DNA of 63,913 bases, the filler included, from Basidiobolus ranarum (Eukaryota), in NCBI GenBank assembly GCA_040143965.1. It is 3 parts of 3 records of this genome, joined end to end, with 100 filler letters (N's around TTAATTAATTAA, not from the genome) between each part and the next. Parts side by side here need not be neighbours in the genome. Positions count along the whole stretch, not along the records: positions 43,225 to 63,913 come from JASJQH010000222.1; 2 more parts are not named here. The stretch is one strand, 5' to 3'. The position numbers and the translations under genes are program-made. Every line of letters begins with the position of its first letter. Position 1 is the stretch's first letter. Shown in pieces: positions 61,325-63,913 of this stretch. The notes below the pieces were generated by a model, which had not been told where the DNA came from, did no database searches, and was given only the letters and a program-made list of their open reading frames with translations.

Positions 61325-63803
61325 ATTCACCTGTCAGGTACTGGTCATTTTGTTTGGTAACCATATTCACACTTTTACATTTTCCCATTTCTCGTTTCCG
61401 CTTCCACTTCCGTTCCCAGACCACTTTTAATAATTGTAATTTCCTAATGCATTTATCATTTCCCTTTATTTCAATCTCACCTTCTACCGGTGAACAGCAT
61501 CTCAGTACAGTATTTTGAATCATCATTTCTCTCTTCACCTTTGTATAAAATCAGTGAGCCCTCCATTACTTGGCATTTTCGAGATTTCTATAAAGATACC
61601 ATCTGCAACAACATTATCTGCTACGGCATGATAAGATTGATCATATAATCTATTTGTACCTGGTGACCTATGCTGGTGACATGTACTGTGGTACTAAATT
61701 AGCCCATCGTTACGCTTACGAATATGGCAAGTACCATCGAAAGCAAATATATTAAATCAATGGCCAAAAGCATCAGGAAGTAGGAATTTGACACCAACTT
61801 CCTCTGTGGGTTGGCTTGGTTGGTTTTCTTAAAAAGAGTTCTATCATCTAAATCCACATTCGATAGCATCAGGTGACTGGCGATTTTTGGATCCCATCAG
61901 GTGACTGGGACTCTTATGGTATTCATCTCTTGTTAACACCACTTTCAAGGTGAATGGGGTGTTATAAGTATGCACGAAGATAAGTAAACACAGTGGCAAA
62001 GAAACGACGTTACAGTTACGCCTTTTCTCCCATGCCGAGCCTACCGTCTTAACCTTCTATTCCTCATATATCGTAGGTGATCGGTGTTTAGAATGGGTGC
62101 TTGGAATGGGATTGATTCGAAATGGATGATTTTCTTCCAATTCATACGGAGTATTTCTTGGGCCCATATCCCGAAGTGAGTGAAACCTGGATAATAAACG
62201 AATACCAAAACTGGAATCCATCATCATAGATAATTTTCTATTCATGAATTAAACTTCATATTCGTGGAGAACTTGTCTAACGTGGATAAAAAAGAATCCA
62301 TTGAAAAAACCATTCGTATCACTGTTATTAAAACCTTGTCCAACTCATGAGACTTCGTTCAACTTACCAGTACCACTACCACTACCCTTGCACGACCATT
62401 ACCCTCCCAGTGATCTTGTCTTCGGTAGATTCACCTGATGATCTATATTTGGTGATCTTCTTGTGGGGTTATCTATACGGTGGTAATGCAAACTTACCCA
62501 TATTTGCGATCTATCAATGCTATCTGGTTTCCTGCATGATTCTACTCACGAGTTTTGTTACAGCCTCTACTAATACCTGAACGTTCTTTGTCTCGGTTAG
62601 TTGATTCATCCAGTCCAGTCGGCTTTTTTTCCATATGAGACTATGGTCACATCTGAGTGGGATACATGCAGATAAGTTTCAGATCCATAGAATATAATCA
62701 CCAATAGAACTCCGAGAATGTACTAGGTATTTAGCGATATTTAACTAGCGGTATTTATCGGTAATTAGCTCAAGACCTTCCAAATCATTCGCTTTCATGT
62801 TGTTTCATAAAATATCAGAATTACCAAATATAGTGGAGTGGTAGGTTGGATTGTCTTTTACTTTGTGATTATGAATTCAGCATTCTATTTGGTGGATATC
62901 CGGTTATGGCGCTTCTATAGCTGGCGAATTGGCGAATGGATTGAGTAGAGAATCATCAAGTATGGCTAGCAAGAATTAGGGTTAGGGTTAGAATCAAGGT
63001 AAGGGTGAGATGATTCAACTTGAAGAACGAAACGGATTAAAAGGTATGCTAGGCAAAGATCCGATTCATCCGATAAATGATCCGTTAAACGAACTAAAAA
63101 TATCTTCGTTACTACATCCGCATTAGATGAAAATCATCACTAAGCCACAATGGATAATATAGTTGAAATATTTTGAGGCTTAAATTGAACAGTTGATTTT
63201 GGTCTTTTATGGTCTTGGTAGTTTATCTAGCATTTCGTATGATCACTGGCTTACTTCACTATTAATGTTTCATTCTGCTATTTCTTTAGTCATCATGAAT
63301 TCTTTATGGACGCTTAAAGTTGATGTAAATGATGAGTGTTCGTTAATCTTATAACTATTTTTACTTTTAATGTGAACTGGCTTCCATTCCATTCCAAACG
63401 TACCTAAGCACTAAGCTATTTAGTGATGGTTTACCATTCTAGAGTTAGATTTCTATTTGTTAATCCAACTGCAGGAAATATAGAATATAACGTTTCTGGA
63501 GAGTATGTATAATATGTAATAATGGAAATTCTGGGTGATTGGTATACCCAGGAATCTCCTATTTTCAACCATGGATTATAATCCTTTTTCCAACTATCAA
63601 TCAGATGAGTATTGGTATAATGAATGCGAGAAGAGATGAAAGACACGTTGCAATCAGATCAAATATGGATTGTCAGTTACTAATTCATAGATGAACAAGA
63701 CTCTAATGTTTCCATCTCTAAACTGGACATCACAGTTTCACTTGGCCAATCGTAGGTAACAAGTCAGTCATAAACAAATATCAAAGAAGTCTAAGGATAT
63801 ATG

Positions 63804-63913
63804 TGTTGAAATTAGCATTGCCTAAACACCTATATAGTCATATATAGCTTAGTACTTAGTTATCTTATATTTCACTAAGATATTATCCATTATTCTCATA
63901 AGGAATTTACTTA
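63804..63913 (+). mobile_element. Start of another copia LTR, cut off by the window edge
   Basis: TGTTGAAATTAGCATTGCCTAAACACCTATATAGTC..., nearly identical to 54162 onward. Confidence 0.92.

Overview
Eukaryotic genomic DNA with short GT-AG introns. The gene content (class IV chitin synthase, Ste12, WC-2, fungal CSL factor, WDR62 homolog, a U12-type intron) points to an early-diverging fungus, possibly Basidiobolus-like (inference). There are about 24 protein-coding genes, two assembly gaps and many decayed Ty1/copia pieces, including 7-8 copies of one ~348-bp LTR family. Highlights: (1) a decayed, intron-containing Fanzor1 (eukaryotic TnpB-like RNA-guided nuclease) gene at ~28.8-30.0 kb, with all three RuvC catalytic motifs readable, a 3' hairpin that may belong to its omegaRNA, and stops that look like CpG deamination; (2) a GT-AG minor-spliceosome (U12-type) first intron in CUL1; (3) a near-perfect 195-bp inverted copy of part of a TauD gene just downstream of that gene, which could give a hairpin RNA; (4) CGG(N7)CGG AOX-induction motifs in a tandemly duplicated AOX promoter; (5) a Ste12 whose first zinc finger has decayed, a secreted Asp/Cys-repeat CBM19-like protein, and a CFEM-like small secreted protein. 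All family assignments come from motif recognition; no database searches were run.
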